Positions 1 to 12,075 of a stretch of 64,000 nucleotides of DNA are shown here, piece after piece. The stretch comes from Heteronotia binoei (lineage: Eukaryota), in contig NC_083225.1 of NCBI RefSeq assembly GCF_032191835.1, positions 39,432,001-39,496,000 of the forward strand. The letters run 5' to 3'. The notes under the pieces are model-generated. The model saw only the letters and a program-made list of their open reading frames with translations. It was not told where the DNA came from and made no database searches. Position numbers and translations under genes: made by a program. The stretch's first letter is position 1. The number at the start of each line of letters is the position of its first letter.

Positions 1-116
1 TACTAATCATGGCTATTCAGCATGCTGTAGTGCTTAAAGTGCAACAGTAGAAGGCCCAAGTGCAAATCCCCATTTTGCCATGGAAGCTCATTAGGTTATC
101 TTGGGCCAGTCATTCT

Positions 117-307
117 TAGGGTTGCCAGCCTCCAGGTGGGACCTGGAGATCTCCTGCTTTTACAGCTGATCTCCAGCTGCAGAAATTAGCTCCCCTACAG
201 AAAATGGCTGCTTTGAAGGGTGGACTCTATGGCATTGCACCATGCTGAGGCCCCTCCCCTCCCCAAACCCCACCCTCTCCCAAGGTCTCCAGGTCTTTTC
301 CAACACA
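117..307. mobile_element. hAT-type MITE, TAGGGTTGCCA family (truncated by a SINE)
   Basis: Starts TAGGGTTGCCA; its body (GAAAATGGCTGCTTTGAAGGGTGGACTCTATGGCATT) recurs at ~9.6, 11.8, 24.6, 31.4, 46.8, 47.8 and 62.0 kb. Confidence 0.75.
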
Positions 308-580
308 GAGAGCCAGTTTGATGTACTGGTTAAGAGTGCAGACTCTTATCTGGGAGAACCGGGCTTGACTCCCCACTCCTCCACTTGTAGCTGCTGGAAT
401 GCCTTGGATCAGCCATAGCTCTGGCAGAGCTATCTTTGAAAGGGCAGCTTCTGAGAGAGCCCTCTCAGCCCCACCCACCTCACAGGGTGTCTGTTTTGAG
501 GAGAGGAAGGGAAGTTGATTGTAAACCATTTTGAGACCCCTTTGGGTAGTAAAAAGTGGGCTATAAAAAAGCTCTTCTTC
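308..580 (+). mobile_element. tRNA-derived SINE, gecko Squam3-like
   Basis: tRNA-like head with A/B boxes, body CAGCCCCACCCACCTCACAGGGTG and (CTT)n-like tail; at least four more copies in the window. Confidence 0.8.
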
Positions 581-1269
581 TGTCACATACCAAAGAACTG
601 AATCCATCCCTTTATCATTAGTGGTTATCTGAATAATGACTGGTTTTTGTATGTTCTTATACAGCAGCTGATGCTTTCTCTAAAGATTGACGATGAGCAC
701 TTTCACACAAACCATATAATGCACTTTCAATCCACTGTCAATGCACTTTCATGTCAAGCATGGTAAAAGCTCAATGGTAATCTATGGTTTTAGGGCCCTC
801 CATAAAGCTGGTCTGTGCAACATCATGGAGAGTCAGTGTAGTATGGCTCTGTTATTCTTCCCCCACCCCTCTTGCTTTATTGCTTTGTGTAGTAGAATAG
901 TGAGAAACGAAACTAGCAGCGGGAAAAAAAGAATGAACACCTTCCCATCCATTCCTACATGGAAGTGTAAGCCATCTGGGAAAGCAAGGACAAGACACTG
1001 ATAACATTGTGGGAACATAGACATTTATGATAGTTTATGTGTTGGCTGGCATTCCTTACCCCCTCCTTTGAGGATCCTTTGAAGTATGCCTTAAAAGAAT
1101 TGTATCAATGTATTTCCAGTATCACTCTCAAGGTCCTGAACCAAGAGAGCATCTCGATTTAGCAATAAGCGTAGTTTTGTATCTACTTGACTCGTTCTTT
1201 TGAAAATTGCATGCTTGACATTTCAATCCACTGTCAAAATTGCACTTTGCAACTGCATTGTACAGTGTG

Positions 1270-1352
1270 GAATAATAATAAATAATAATAACAATACTTT
1301 TTATTTATATCCCGCCCTCTCCGCCGAAGCAGGCTCAGGGCGGCTCACAACA
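1270..1352 (-). mobile_element. L2-type LINE 3' tail with (AAT)n microsatellite
   Basis: TTTATATCCCGCCCT...GCTCAGGGCGGCTCACA; related tails at ~10565-10625 and ~57650-57710 on the + strand. Confidence 0.55.
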
Positions 1353-1690
1353 TATTAGTTCAATGCAATACAGTACAATACAATACAAAATCCACTTGCA
1401 AACTGTCACTGAAGTTGATTGAAACTGCATTATTTGGCATAATGAAAATGAACATTTGTTGGTTATTGCAATTCATTGTCACTCATTGGGCATGATCCAG
1501 ACACGCTTATGCAAATGCAAGTCCCACTGATTTCAGTAGGAGATAATGAAACATGTACTAAAGTCTTGAAAAGCCTAATAGGGCCACAATAAATTGGCTG
1601 CGACTTAACAGCACTTTACACATACAAATTCTTTCAATAAATGCATGAGAGTTAAAGGCTGTGATCACACAAACTAAATAATGCACTTTC

Positions 1691-3883
1691 GACTTCCAGA
1701 CTTTAGTCATGGAGGATTGAGCTGCTTCTCCGCCGAGGAACAGACCAGAGCCTCTGTTCTGGGCAGAGAAGGTGATCTTAACACCTGCTGCCTACTTCTT
1801 CCAGGCAGGAAGAAGGCCAAGACATGCATATGAAATTATGAGGGGATTTACTTTGGCTGACGAGGAATTTCAGTGGGGTTCCTTTTTGGCTTTGAAGAGA
1901 CCCCGGAGAAGGATTGCATTCAAACGTCTACAGAGGATTTCTGCGGTCATTAAATTGACTTAAATTCACCAGGATTCAAGGCTTCTTTGGAACTGATTAA
2001 CATCTATCTTTGAAAAGAGCAGTGTTCAGAAAGATAGCAGCTTTAAAGGTAAAAGATCTTTATCTATCACTCCGGGACTAATATAAGATTAATTTAAAAT
2101 AAAAACAAAGGTCTGGATCCAACTACGTCATCCTAAATTAAGGAAGATAAAGGAGAGGGTAATTTTGGGACTAATGAAATTGGAGAAATAAGGTTAAAAG
2201 AGGAAAAACAAACTTTGTTTTGAATACCTGTGGTCGGGTCAGACAACCCCCTACGAAATAGAACTGCTGACTTGGTGAAGACGTCACAGGAAATGGCGTC
2301 ACAGAAACAACGCGAGACTTCTTAACCATTGAAAACAAGACTTTGTGGCAAGAAAGGAAGGAAGAAGCCATTAAGAGAAGGGAAAATTGCAAGCCTCCCA
2401 GCCCTCTCTAGGACTATAAATCATAGAGAAGTAAAAGGAGGTCAAAATTTTAAAAATTAATTAAAAGAAAACGGGACTTTAAAAAATAGTGGAGCTGGCA
2501 GATATCATCATTAAAAGGTGAAATCTATTGGATTATATGCTTTGAATCAATTTTGGTGCAGTCCAGGAGAAAAAAGGAAAAACGTCTTAAAAGGGACAGA
2601 AAAGCCGCGGATGCCATTTTGAAGAAATTAAAACTTTAAAAAATTAATATCTGGACTTAGGAGCCTCAGGGAACGGCGATTTTGGGCTCATATAAAAGGG
2701 CATGGTCCAATCTACAAGGCTGTGTAACTGAAAATTAGATTCGTGAGGTCAACTTTGGAGCCTATTTAAGCAATGGGCAGGCAGTGATGTCTTTGGAAAA
2801 ATCAGGAGCAAAGCAGATTCGAACGAGGGCTGGATCACTTGAAGAAGCAAAAATGGCTAAATGGCAGGAGGCAATGGATGCTATGGAGGCAAGATTGGTA
2901 AAAATAATAAAGGAATCATTAACAGAAAGTAAGAAGGAAATAAAAAAGACATTGAGTCCAGTGCAGAAGTTAAAAAAGAAATTAAAAAAGAAATTGAAGA
3001 TCTCAGAAAAGACTCAAGCAGTGTTAAAGAAAGTTCAGGAGGTGGAAGAAAAGGTGAAAGGCCAAGATTTAAGAATAGACACAGTGGATTCCACTATTCA
3101 AAAAATGCAGGAGAAAGCATTGCTACAAGACTGTAAACTAATGGAAAATCAGATACGGTTGAGATGGGTGCCTGAATCTGCTGAGTCTGATTTAAGGAAA
3201 ATGTTGGGATATAATATCAAGAAGGCACAAGACATTTTTTTTGTTGGGATTACAAATGGAAAAATTTCCAAAACAAGATAGAACGATAATTTGGTATATG
3301 CTTTCAGCTGCTCAGACATTATATTCGCAGATGTGGAAGCAAGACAAAATACCAGAAAAGTGGGAATGAACTCTAAAAGTTATGCATTGGAGTGAAATGG
3401 ACAAGCTTACAAGAATCTTAAAAGAACATGATTTAGAGAAGTTTAAAAATGAGTGGGGAAAATTCTAAAAGTATGTTGAAAAACAATGGAATGTTAAGGG
3501 ATATTTGGCGATCTTTGACAATGATTAAATTCTAAAGAAACGTTAAATGGATTATAGTAAAAAAGTAAGACTATTGGAATATATCTTTTTTTGTTCTTTT
3601 GACAATGACTAAAGGACTACTATGAAGATGGATTACAATTATAATATATGGCTTTGCTTTCCTTTTCTCTTTTTGCTTTATGATGCTTTCTTTTTTATGA
3701 AGATTCTTTAATAGATTAAATTGATTATGTACCTTTTTTTAGCAATTTAATTAAAATACACTGCCGGGGGTCACCAAAAGGGGGAGAGGGGGGAGAAAAT
3801 GTTATGTATATGTAATAATTTTTAATAACAAATGATAAGTGTTATTACTATATATTACAGTATAATAAATTGTTTTAAACAAA
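1691..3883 (+). mobile_element. Internally deleted L1-type LINE (5' UTR, ORF1 N-terminus, ORF2 C-terminal end, 3' UTR)
   Basis: Flanked by a ~15-bp TSD (AAATAATGCACTTTC 1676-1690 / AAATAATTTACTTTC 3884-3898); coiled-coil ORF1 remnant, decayed ORF2 C-terminus, AATAAA and A-rich end. Confidence 0.75.
2784..3281 (+). pseudogene. L1 ORF1 coiled-coil remnant fused to L1 ORF2 C-terminal sequence
   Basis: Lys/Glu-rich heptad sequence ending RLRWVPES (ORF1-like), then NIKKAQDIFFVGIT (ORF2 C-terminus-like). Confidence 0.6.
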
Positions 3884-4067
3884 AAATAATTTACTTTCAA
3901 TCTATTTTCAATGCACTTTCCAATGGGATGTTGCCAGTTCACACAGTAAAATCCAGTTGCAAAGTGCATTGAAAGTGCATTATTTAGTGTGTGTGATCAC
4001 AGCCCTTAATATTCAACTGACTGGACTTTGGCTAGTGTGAAATGTGAGTTACTATCCTACTAAGCAA

Positions 4068-4205
4068 GCGGAAGAGCCATGGCTCCAGTGGTAGAGCATT
4101 AGCTTCATCGTTTCAATGTCTAGCATCTCCAGTTAAAACGATCAAGTAGTAGATGATTTCAAAAACCTACTCTGAACATCCTGGAGAGCTGCCACCAGTT
4201 ATGTA
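4068..4205 (+). mobile_element. tRNA-derived SINE, Squam2-like (decayed)
   Basis: GGCTCCAGTGGTAGAGCAT head and CTGGAGAGCTGCCACCAGT body, similar to the copy at 49364. Confidence 0.6.
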
Positions 4206-4218
4206 AGTCACTTATGTC

Positions 4219-4407
4219 CAATTCTCCCTCTAAGCTGTGGAGTCTTGTGAGCAAAAATTCTAGTTTGTGAGCTACTGGCATTCAAATTGTGAGTTGCTAC
4301 ATGAATTCATTTGCTCTGGGGCTATTTTTCCTGAGCTAAGACAAAAATGTGTGAGCTGGAGGCTAAAAAACTGTGAGCTAGCTCACACTAACTCAGAGAG
4401 AACACTG
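4219..4407. mobile_element. hAT-type MITE, CAGTGTTCCCTCTAAGCTG family
   Basis: Same sequence as 18451-18642, 23873-24083 and 52795-52988. Confidence 0.8.
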
Positions 4408-4879
4408 CTCATGAGCTGTGGGGTTCTCCTCAGTTTCCAAGAGCACAATGCCCACTTCAGAATATGACTGTGATATGCATAGAGAAGGGCATAAGCTCCA
4501 TCCCCATGCCACTTTTCCAAGGTGCACCATTTGGCCCATTGGGAAACCCCACATGTACAATTATGGGGCTTCTCATACAGACGAAAGAGCACCCCCACCA
4601 TGAACTGCTTTGGATCAGGAAAATGGTGAGGGAGAAGGCTTAAACCATTTCTCCTCTCCTGCTTCGGTCACAATCAGAAACAGGTAGTGCATGTAGAGGA
4701 GCTGAAGAAAACCTACAGTGCATGTGTTACATTTTAAAAAGCGGTAGAAGAAAGGTTGAACTCAGGGTAAGACAGCTTCGAGGGCTCAAGACTGCAGTGC
4801 TTTCTCCCAATCTCATTTCTCCTTTTGAAAAGGATGAAATTTCCTACTAAGACCTCCTGCTTGGGTAATATCCCTTAGC

Positions 4880-5760
4880 CAGGGCTTTTTTTTTTTTTTA
4901 GCAGGAACACACAGGAATGCAGTTCCAGCTGGCTTGGCATCAGGGGGTGTGGCCTAATATGCAAATGAATTCTTGCTGGGCTTTTTCTACAAAAAAGCCC
5001 TGTGTGAAACAATGGTGACATCAGGCCCGTGGCCAGAAGTTTGATGGGGGGACAGCGGGTAAATTTTTAGGTGGGGGGGCTGTAAAACTCTGCTGCAGTG
5101 GCTGCCGCCCCTTCTGCTCTGCCCCCCCACCTCCCCCGCCCGGTGGCGCCTCCTCCTCCTCCCTTCTTCACACTTTTAAGGCCCAGGGAAGGGGTGGCGA
5201 AGCACTGCTATGGGCTCTTTAAAAGATTACCCTGCCCCGTTGATCAGCTGATTGGTGGGAAAACCCACACAGAAAGCTGGGCACTCAGCTCCTATGCCCC
5301 TTTGGTGCACTCACGATCAGCCTTGGGGGTGAGTGCTGATGCCCCCAGTGCTGATCGTGAGCACACCAGAGGGGCATAGGAGCTGAGCACCCAGCCTTCT
5401 GCGTGGGTTTTCCCACCAATCAGCTGATCAATGGGGGGGGTCATCTTTTAAAGAGCCCGGAGCAGCCGCCCCTTCTCTGGGCCTTAAAAATGTGAAAGAG
5501 GGAGGAGGAGGCGCCGCAGGGAGGGGAGGGGTGGAGCCGCAGGAGGGGAGGGGGTGGCAGCCACTGCAGCAGTGTTTTACCCACCAATCAACCAATCGAC
5601 AGGGGTCTGCCTGGGGTCTCGGTCCAGTAGAGGGGCCACAGGGCTTTAAGGGGGGTTGGATGGGGTGGCCATGTCCCCCCCCCGTGGCTATGGGCCTGCA
5701 TAGGGTGTGGCCTAATATGCAAAGGAGTTCCCGCTGGGCTTTTTTTTAAAAAAAGCCCTG
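4880..5760. mobile_element. Long hAT-type MITE, CAGGGCTTTTT family, with internal hairpin
   Basis: TIRs CAGGGCTTTTTT / AAAAAAGCCCTG; degenerate TSD CCCTTAGC / TCCCTAGC; internal inverted repeat ~5215-5460. Confidence 0.75.
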
Positions 5761-6658
5761 TCCCTAGCATTTTTTAAATTTGCTGGCACAAGTCAGCCAG
5801 CCATGAGTGAGAGAATATAGCAGTCCAACTGTCAACATAACCTATCCTTTGGGTTGGATCCTGTCTAAATTCCATGCATATGACTCCCCACCTTCCCCCT
5901 CCCATTGCAGCCTGAAATGCTTCTTCTTGGAGGGACAGTAAACCCCTAAGAGCAGCATTGGGGTGGGGTGGGGGCTGAATATCATATTGGAGGGACGCTG
6001 GCAAAAATAACCTCCTCCTTGTGTATGCAGATCTTTTCCATAGCATCCAACCCTTATTTGCAGGCATACAGGATCTTGCTACTAAGTGATGAACAAAGCC
6101 AACCTGGGTTCTTTAGGAAACCTGGCTACAAGCAAAACAGAGCCACTGAGTTTGCAATCAAAAGCAGCATGAAGTGCTGAAGTGCACTTTCATTATTTGT
6201 ATATTAAGGATTTTCAACATAGGTACTTCTTCCTTGCATTTGAGAAATCTAAGCATCTTGCTGTCTCTCACAGTTTTTACTCAAAAGCAAAGTCAGTCCA
6301 GGAGCTAGACTTTGGGTCATCCATATCTGAGGAATGAAGGCCTGGGAAGAAACAGAAGGATCAGATGGTCGATATCAGAATTTTCAAGGGTGAAAATAAC
6401 AAGTTCTTCCACTGTGAAGATGTCTTTGAAAGCGTTGGCCTCTGATGAGGTGGTCTTGTAAAAGTGGTGGGGGGGGAATAATTCTTTTTTAGAGGCATAA
6501 GTCTGTAAAGACCACCTCCCCTCCTGTTTTAATTGACTTATCAATGCTCCTCAGATATTGTGGAAGAGAAAGTTTCTACAGATGACAATGGATTGGCAAA
6601 AAAGGCTACACTTTTTTATCTCCTGAGGTGTTGTTAAAGGATTAAGGCAAGCCCAATT

Positions 6659-7060
6659 TAGGGCTGCCAAGCCCCCGGTCCAGGCAGGTGTTCCCCCGCC
6701 CAAGAGGCTCCCAACCCACCAGCCCACATTGGACCGGTAGGGGGAACCTCCCCCAACGTCACCAGCACAACGCTGTCACCAAGATGTGACATCATCGTGC
6801 CGGTGCACAGTGGCTACTCTAGGCATGTTTTTTCCTGGATGCTCTAGCCATTTGGATGGGAAAACTCTATGGTACAATAGGTACCATAGAGTTTTTCCCT
6901 CCCAAATGGCTAAAGCATCTGGGAAAACAATAGAGTTTTACCGGAAACACCTAGAGCGGCTGCACACGACATCATCTGCGTGATGACATTCCGGGTGATG
7001 TCATTGTGTCACATGCACGCACGTCCCTCACTGGAGAATGTAGAGGATTTGGCAACCCTA
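6659..7060. mobile_element. hAT-type MITE, TAGGGTTGCCA family
   Basis: TAGGGCTGCCA...TGGCAACCCTA; TSD GCCCAATT / GCCCAAAT. Confidence 0.85.
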
Positions 7061-7345
7061 GCCCAAATATTAGAAAATTCAAGCATGGTAATCCCTTTTC
7101 CTTCCTTCCATATGCTCATTCTTTAAAGAAACAGATATGGAATAATACAGAAAAGTGCTTCTGTTCATCTACAGAATGCTTTCCTCATCCTCATAGATCA
7201 TATGCTGGTAGTCTGTATTTGTTTAGAACTCTCACTTTCAGGACCAGATAAAATCAAGGAACATCATAACAGAAAAAGATCAGAGGTCTTGCTATTTTCC
7301 ATAGCAAGAAAATGGCCAGTGTATTCAATCTGATATTGTTCCCCT

Positions 7346-7555
7346 GACCTGGGTAGCCCAGCCTAGCCTGATCTAGTCAGATCTCGGAAGCTAAGCAGGG
7401 GTGGCTCTGGTCAGTATTTGAGTGGGAGACCACCAAGGAATACCAGGGTTATGGCATCTAGGTAGGCAGCAGCAATTGTCTCTGAACATCTCTTGCCTTG
7501 AAACCCTACAGGACTGCCATAAGTTAGCTGTGACTTGATAACCTAAAATAAAATA
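7346..7555 (+). mobile_element. 5S rRNA-derived SINE
   Basis: GCCTGATCTAGTCAGATCTCGGAAGCTAAGCAGGG...GGGAGACCACCAAGGAATACC matches 5S rRNA boxes A/C, followed by a non-5S body. Confidence 0.75.
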
Positions 7556-8829
7556 AAATCCTCATCATTAAACTGGATAAATCAAGCTTTATAGGATAAA
7601 AATGGAGGAGATGAGAACAACATAAGCTGCTTTGAGTTCCCACTGGGGAGAAAGGCAGAGTATAAATGAAGTAAATAAAATAGAATAATTTATGCTATTC
7701 TATTTAGTCCTTCCCTCATCTCTCCCTTGCACCCAGAAACACTGCTCATGAGTACTAATATTGCAAAGTCTTTTTTAAAAAAAATCCCAAGTAATCAGCT
7801 GCTACTGTTCAAACTATCTTGATAATTGGGTAACAGCCACAGGCAGCAAGAGCTAATTTTAACCTAATGAACCATGACATATTTAGACCATTCCTCTCCA
7901 TGTCCTAATTTAGGCTATCATTAAAAGAACAACCAGAGTTATTTTTTCCCCAGAAAAAGACAGTGACCTGGGAGAAGGAACCATTCAGTAGTTGACACAT
8001 CTAATTTGCCTTTAAACACTAAAGCTTTGCAAAGGATAAAACTCAGAGGAAAAATCAGCAAATGCATTTCAAATAATATATTGTATGTCAGCTTCTTTGC
8101 TCAGCCAAGTAAGAACTCGCATCCTTATGTGATCTACTGTAAGTTTTTCACCTGTGACGTCTCCAGTATTAAAAATGCAGAGATATTAGTTTGATGTGAT
8201 GATTTCCAGATGGAAGGGGGGGGGATACAATTTCCACCAGTTCCCTCCTGTTGTGACAAACCTCCTACTCCTTCCTTCATGCTTTGGGGGGCTCCCTTGC
8301 CCCCAGGAATGGCATTTTAGGAGGCCTTTTGGGGCTGCAGCCAAGAGAAGTGCAGAAACCATACTCCCTTCCATTTAGTTATAGTAAGTGAAACACTAAG
8401 ATACTCCATTAAGATTCAGATCTTTGGAGATTAGATAGGGTTTTGAACAGCAAGACTGTCCTCTGAAGCCAGACAGTTAGATGATACTGTCTGAACCTCC
8501 ATAAGTTCAGCTGGAAAAATCCATCTCTGTACCATTCTTTTATCATCAACCTTCCATTACCATAAGCAGTGCTTGAATTCAGCAGCAGCTCACAGGAGCA
8601 CAGCTCCTGAACCTCCAGCCAGAGTCTTCATACAGTGGGGAGTTCTCTCCCCACTCCACACAGATCCCAGGACAAATGCAAATGAGATATGCTACTGAGC
8701 TCCTGCACCTTTTCCCCTACAAAACGACCCCTGCCAAGAAGTAAAATATATCCAGCAGTCAGTAACACTGTATGGATGAAGCTATTTTCTCAAGGTGTAT
8801 GTCTCTTTAGGTAAGCTATGACTATTGGA

Positions 8830-9010
8830 TATCCACCGCCATATTATCTTTGTTGCGGCAAGGTCCCTCTCTATTGCTGTGAGGGTTAGAGAATACAAAG
8901 TTAAAGCTCTGTTGGGGTGACTGTATATTTTAAATTTATGGTCAGTCATTATGATGTATTCTTTTTATTCTATGCCAATAAAGGTTCTGATTGATTGATT
9001 GGTTGGTTGA
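8830..9010 (+). mobile_element. LINE 3' end with (TGAT)n-like tail
   Basis: TATGCCAATAAAGG followed by TGATTGATTGATTGGTTGG; family not determined. Confidence 0.45.
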
Positions 9011-9304
9011 CTTCTGGATACATTTGTTTTCATTAGTCTGTTTTCTTACTTTGTTTTCACCTGCCAGTTTTAGGATTTTTTTTTTTTTTAGGATGGGATC
9101 ACACCCAGCCTTGCCGCCAATGCATGTAGAAAGGTCAGCTCAAAACAGCTGACAAATAAATTGTCCATCTGTTTGTATGACTCTGCACGACCTCAGGGAT
9201 AAGGCATGACATAGAATGGAAGGGATTGTTTGGGTTTGGTCAGCTGCGTGTGTTTGAACAAGGATTGTATCAGAGTTCCTTTCCTGTTGCTGTTTGTCCA
9301 TTCT

Positions 9305-10045
9305 GGGCGCAGTGTCTGCCGTCAGTGAGAACTGGTAATATTGTCTGGAAGGGTTACTTCACATTTTCTAACATAAGATCCAGTCTCCACCTCCCAAATC
9401 TCCAGGTGGTTGGAAGCAATGCTAGAGGGCCTCTAAGCTTTATTGGCTTTGCTTTTAGATGGAGGAAACAGCCCAATGCCATCTACCTTCAGATTTCCAA
9501 GTAATTTGCCAGGCAAACCCAAAATCAAGCTAGGATTGCCATCTCTGAGTTGGGATATGCCCAGAGATTTGGGAAGTGGAGGCTGAGGAGGACAGGGTTT
9601 GGAGAGAGGAAGGACTTTAATGGGGTATAGTGCCATAGAGTCCTCCTTCCAAAACGGCCCCTGTTTCTCCAGGTGAACTGATCTCTGTCACCTGGAGATC
9701 AGTTGCAATCTCCAGTCACCACCTTGTGGTTTGCAACCCTAACAGTGGAGCAGAAAAGGGGAAACTATGACGACACCAGATTCATGGTATATCATGAGTG
9801 ATGCAGGGGGTTAAGACCTCTTTCTCCTGAACAACAAATGGGAGGTTCCAGGTCAATTCACACCAACACAGGTATCTCTGCATTCTTGTAAAGCAAAGCC
9901 AATAAAGCCTAAAAGCAAAGCCAATAAAGCTTAGAGGCTATCTAGCATTGCTTCCAACCACTTGGAAATGTTATGTTAGAAAATGTGAAGTAACCCTCCC
10001 AGACAATATTATCAGTTCTCACTGACGACAGACACTGGGTCCGAT
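9305..10045. repeat. Long inverted repeat (~140-bp arms) enclosing a MITE
   Basis: 9305-9458 is the reverse complement of ~9907-10041 apart from a ~25-bp insertion; a TAGGGTTGCC-family MITE sits at 9531-9741. Confidence 0.7.
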
Positions 10046-10194
10046 GAACTTGGCTTAGGCAGTATCCAATATCCACATAGCCCAACCCTAAATCCTTTGC
10101 AGCACATAATAATTCTACGACTGGCACACCAGGATTCCCAATCTAATAGACTGATGGTGGAATGGTATTCATATGAACAGGAAGCTAGGAGACT

Positions 10195-10470
10195 GCTGCC
10201 TACTTACAGACTATCTGACCAACTCACCTTATGTCACTCTCACATTCCTCTACTCAGCAAGGCTTCCTTCCAACCTGCCCCGGGGCTGCATGTAACGTCA
10301 GCGTTTTTGCATAGCAAACATAAACTGGTTTTTAGAGGTCTCTGTTTGCTGTGTGAAAATGCCGAAGTTACTTGTAGTCCCAGGGCAGATAGTGAGAAAT
10401 TGGAAGGAAGCCCCACTGAGAAGAGGAACGTGAGAGCAGCGTAAGGTGAGTGGGAAATCGGTCTCTGTGT
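10195..10470. mobile_element. Foldback MITE (~270 bp)
   Basis: Self-complementary around CAGCAAAC..AAACTGGTTTTTAG..GTTTGCTG; further copies at 17588-17862 and 28125-28375. Confidence 0.7.
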
Positions 10471-10869
10471 TATAGATACTCCCTAGAACACAGCAATGGA
10501 GGAGAAAATCTCTGTGCTGTGATTTAAACCAGCAAAAATTCACCTTAATTGTTGAAGTTTTTATGTTGTGAGCCACCCTGAGACTGCTTTGGCAGGGAGG
10601 GCAGAATATAAATTAATTATTATTATTAAATATTATTATTAAATTTAATCACCCATTGATTTCAACAAGAGAGAAATGTACTGTGCAATCCTGAGCATAG
10701 TAGTACCCTTCTAAGGCCATTAACTTCAATGGACTTGGAAAGGTATAATTTTACTTAGGATTGCATTGTTAAGCATGTTCTTAACTCTTCCACTGAATCA
10801 ACAACGTTTAGCAGTATAGTCGAAACACAGTTCTGCACTTCTAAATCTACTGAAGGGAATAGGCTTAGA

Positions 10870-11216
10870 CAGGACCTTTTTTTGTAGAAAAAGCCTAGCA
10901 GGAACTCGTTTGCATATTAGGCCACACCCCTGACACCAAGCCAGCCAGAACTGCAGTCATGTGCATTCCCGCTCTGAAAAAGCCTTGGGCTTAGACAGGT
11001 ATAAGTCTTCTTAGCATAGCACTGAAAAAGCACGTAGTTTTGGCCAGGGGTGGAATTCTAGCAGGAGCTTCTTTGCATATTAGACCACACCCCTCTGATG
11101 AAGCTAATCCTCCAAGAGTTTACCAAAAAAGAGCCTTGTAAACTCCTGGAATATTGGCTACATCAGGGGTGTGTGGCCTAAAATGCAAAGGAACTCCAGC
11201 TAGAATTCCACCTCTG
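10870..11216. mobile_element. Two adjacent hAT-type MITEs (CAGGGCTTTTT and CAGGGGTGGAATTC types)
   Basis: Both carry the TTTGCATATTAG(G/A)CCACACCCC core. Confidence 0.7.
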
Positions 11217-11742
11217 GTTTTGGTTGTACGATGTCCAAGTCTTTCCTTACATAGCATTATAAACTTTTGTACTGCACACAATCTAGGGATTTCATGTTAA
11301 ATAAGGATGGCCTTTAGGTTATATCCAGGAATGTGGGGAAATGTGCAAGAAGTTAGGACAAGTCACATATTACTCAGCCTTGGCAGATATGAAGCAGCCA
11401 TCAGTAAACAAATTAATGACTGTATACTGCCCTCCCCCTCAGTATTTAAGATGTTACATCTGCCTTTGAAAACAAGAGGATGTTGTTTTAATGATATTCT
11501 AGTTTTCAAATTGAAATGTTTTCGAACTGTGAGATTGTGCCTTCATTCTGTCTAAATTTCCATGATTTGTGACATTTTGAGAAACAATGGTTCAGGATGT
11601 TCAAACATCTTACATTCCAGAACACAATCAATTGATCCATGTACTCTGAGGGGGGGGGGGGGAGCAATTTCCATAAATAAATCTGGGCTTCCATGCTGAG
11701 CTGCAAGTTGTCATTGGAGCAACCAAGTACAGCAGATATCAA

Positions 11743-12075
11743 AGCTAGGGTTCCCACCCTCCAGATGGCGGCTGGAGATCTCCTCAGATTACACTCAATC
11801 TCCAGGCAATGGAGATCAGTTCACCTGGAGAAAACGGCTGCCTTGGAAGGTGGACTCTATGGCATTATATTCCTCACTGAAGTCCATCTCCTCCCAAGAT
11901 TCTACCCTCCTCAGGCTCCACCCCCAAATCTCCAGGCACTTCTCAGCTTGCAGCTGGCAACAGGATTGTTGGCTCCCAGGTCGGGGGAGGGAATCCCTGG
12001 TTTTGCAGGCTCCTCCCCATGGCCAGCCAGCTGGGCAGCAGGGGGAAGCCCTACCCAACAGCCATTATGTGCCTT
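11743..12075. mobile_element. hAT-type MITE plus left end of the TAGGCTTCCCAA family
   Basis: TAGGGTTCCCA...TGGCAAC, then sequence similar to 55443-55560. Confidence 0.65.

Larger units (their letters stand above)
1657..4003. mobile_element. Palindromic MITE (GCTGTGATCACA...TGTGATCACAGC) split by an L1 insertion
   Basis: Left end 1657-1690 and remainder 3884-4003; an uninterrupted copy lies at 60376-60524. Confidence 0.75.

Noticed and set aside
7360-7450. Functional 5S rRNA gene
   Set aside because: It is diverged, lacks the 5S 5' end and T-run terminator, and is joined to a SINE body.
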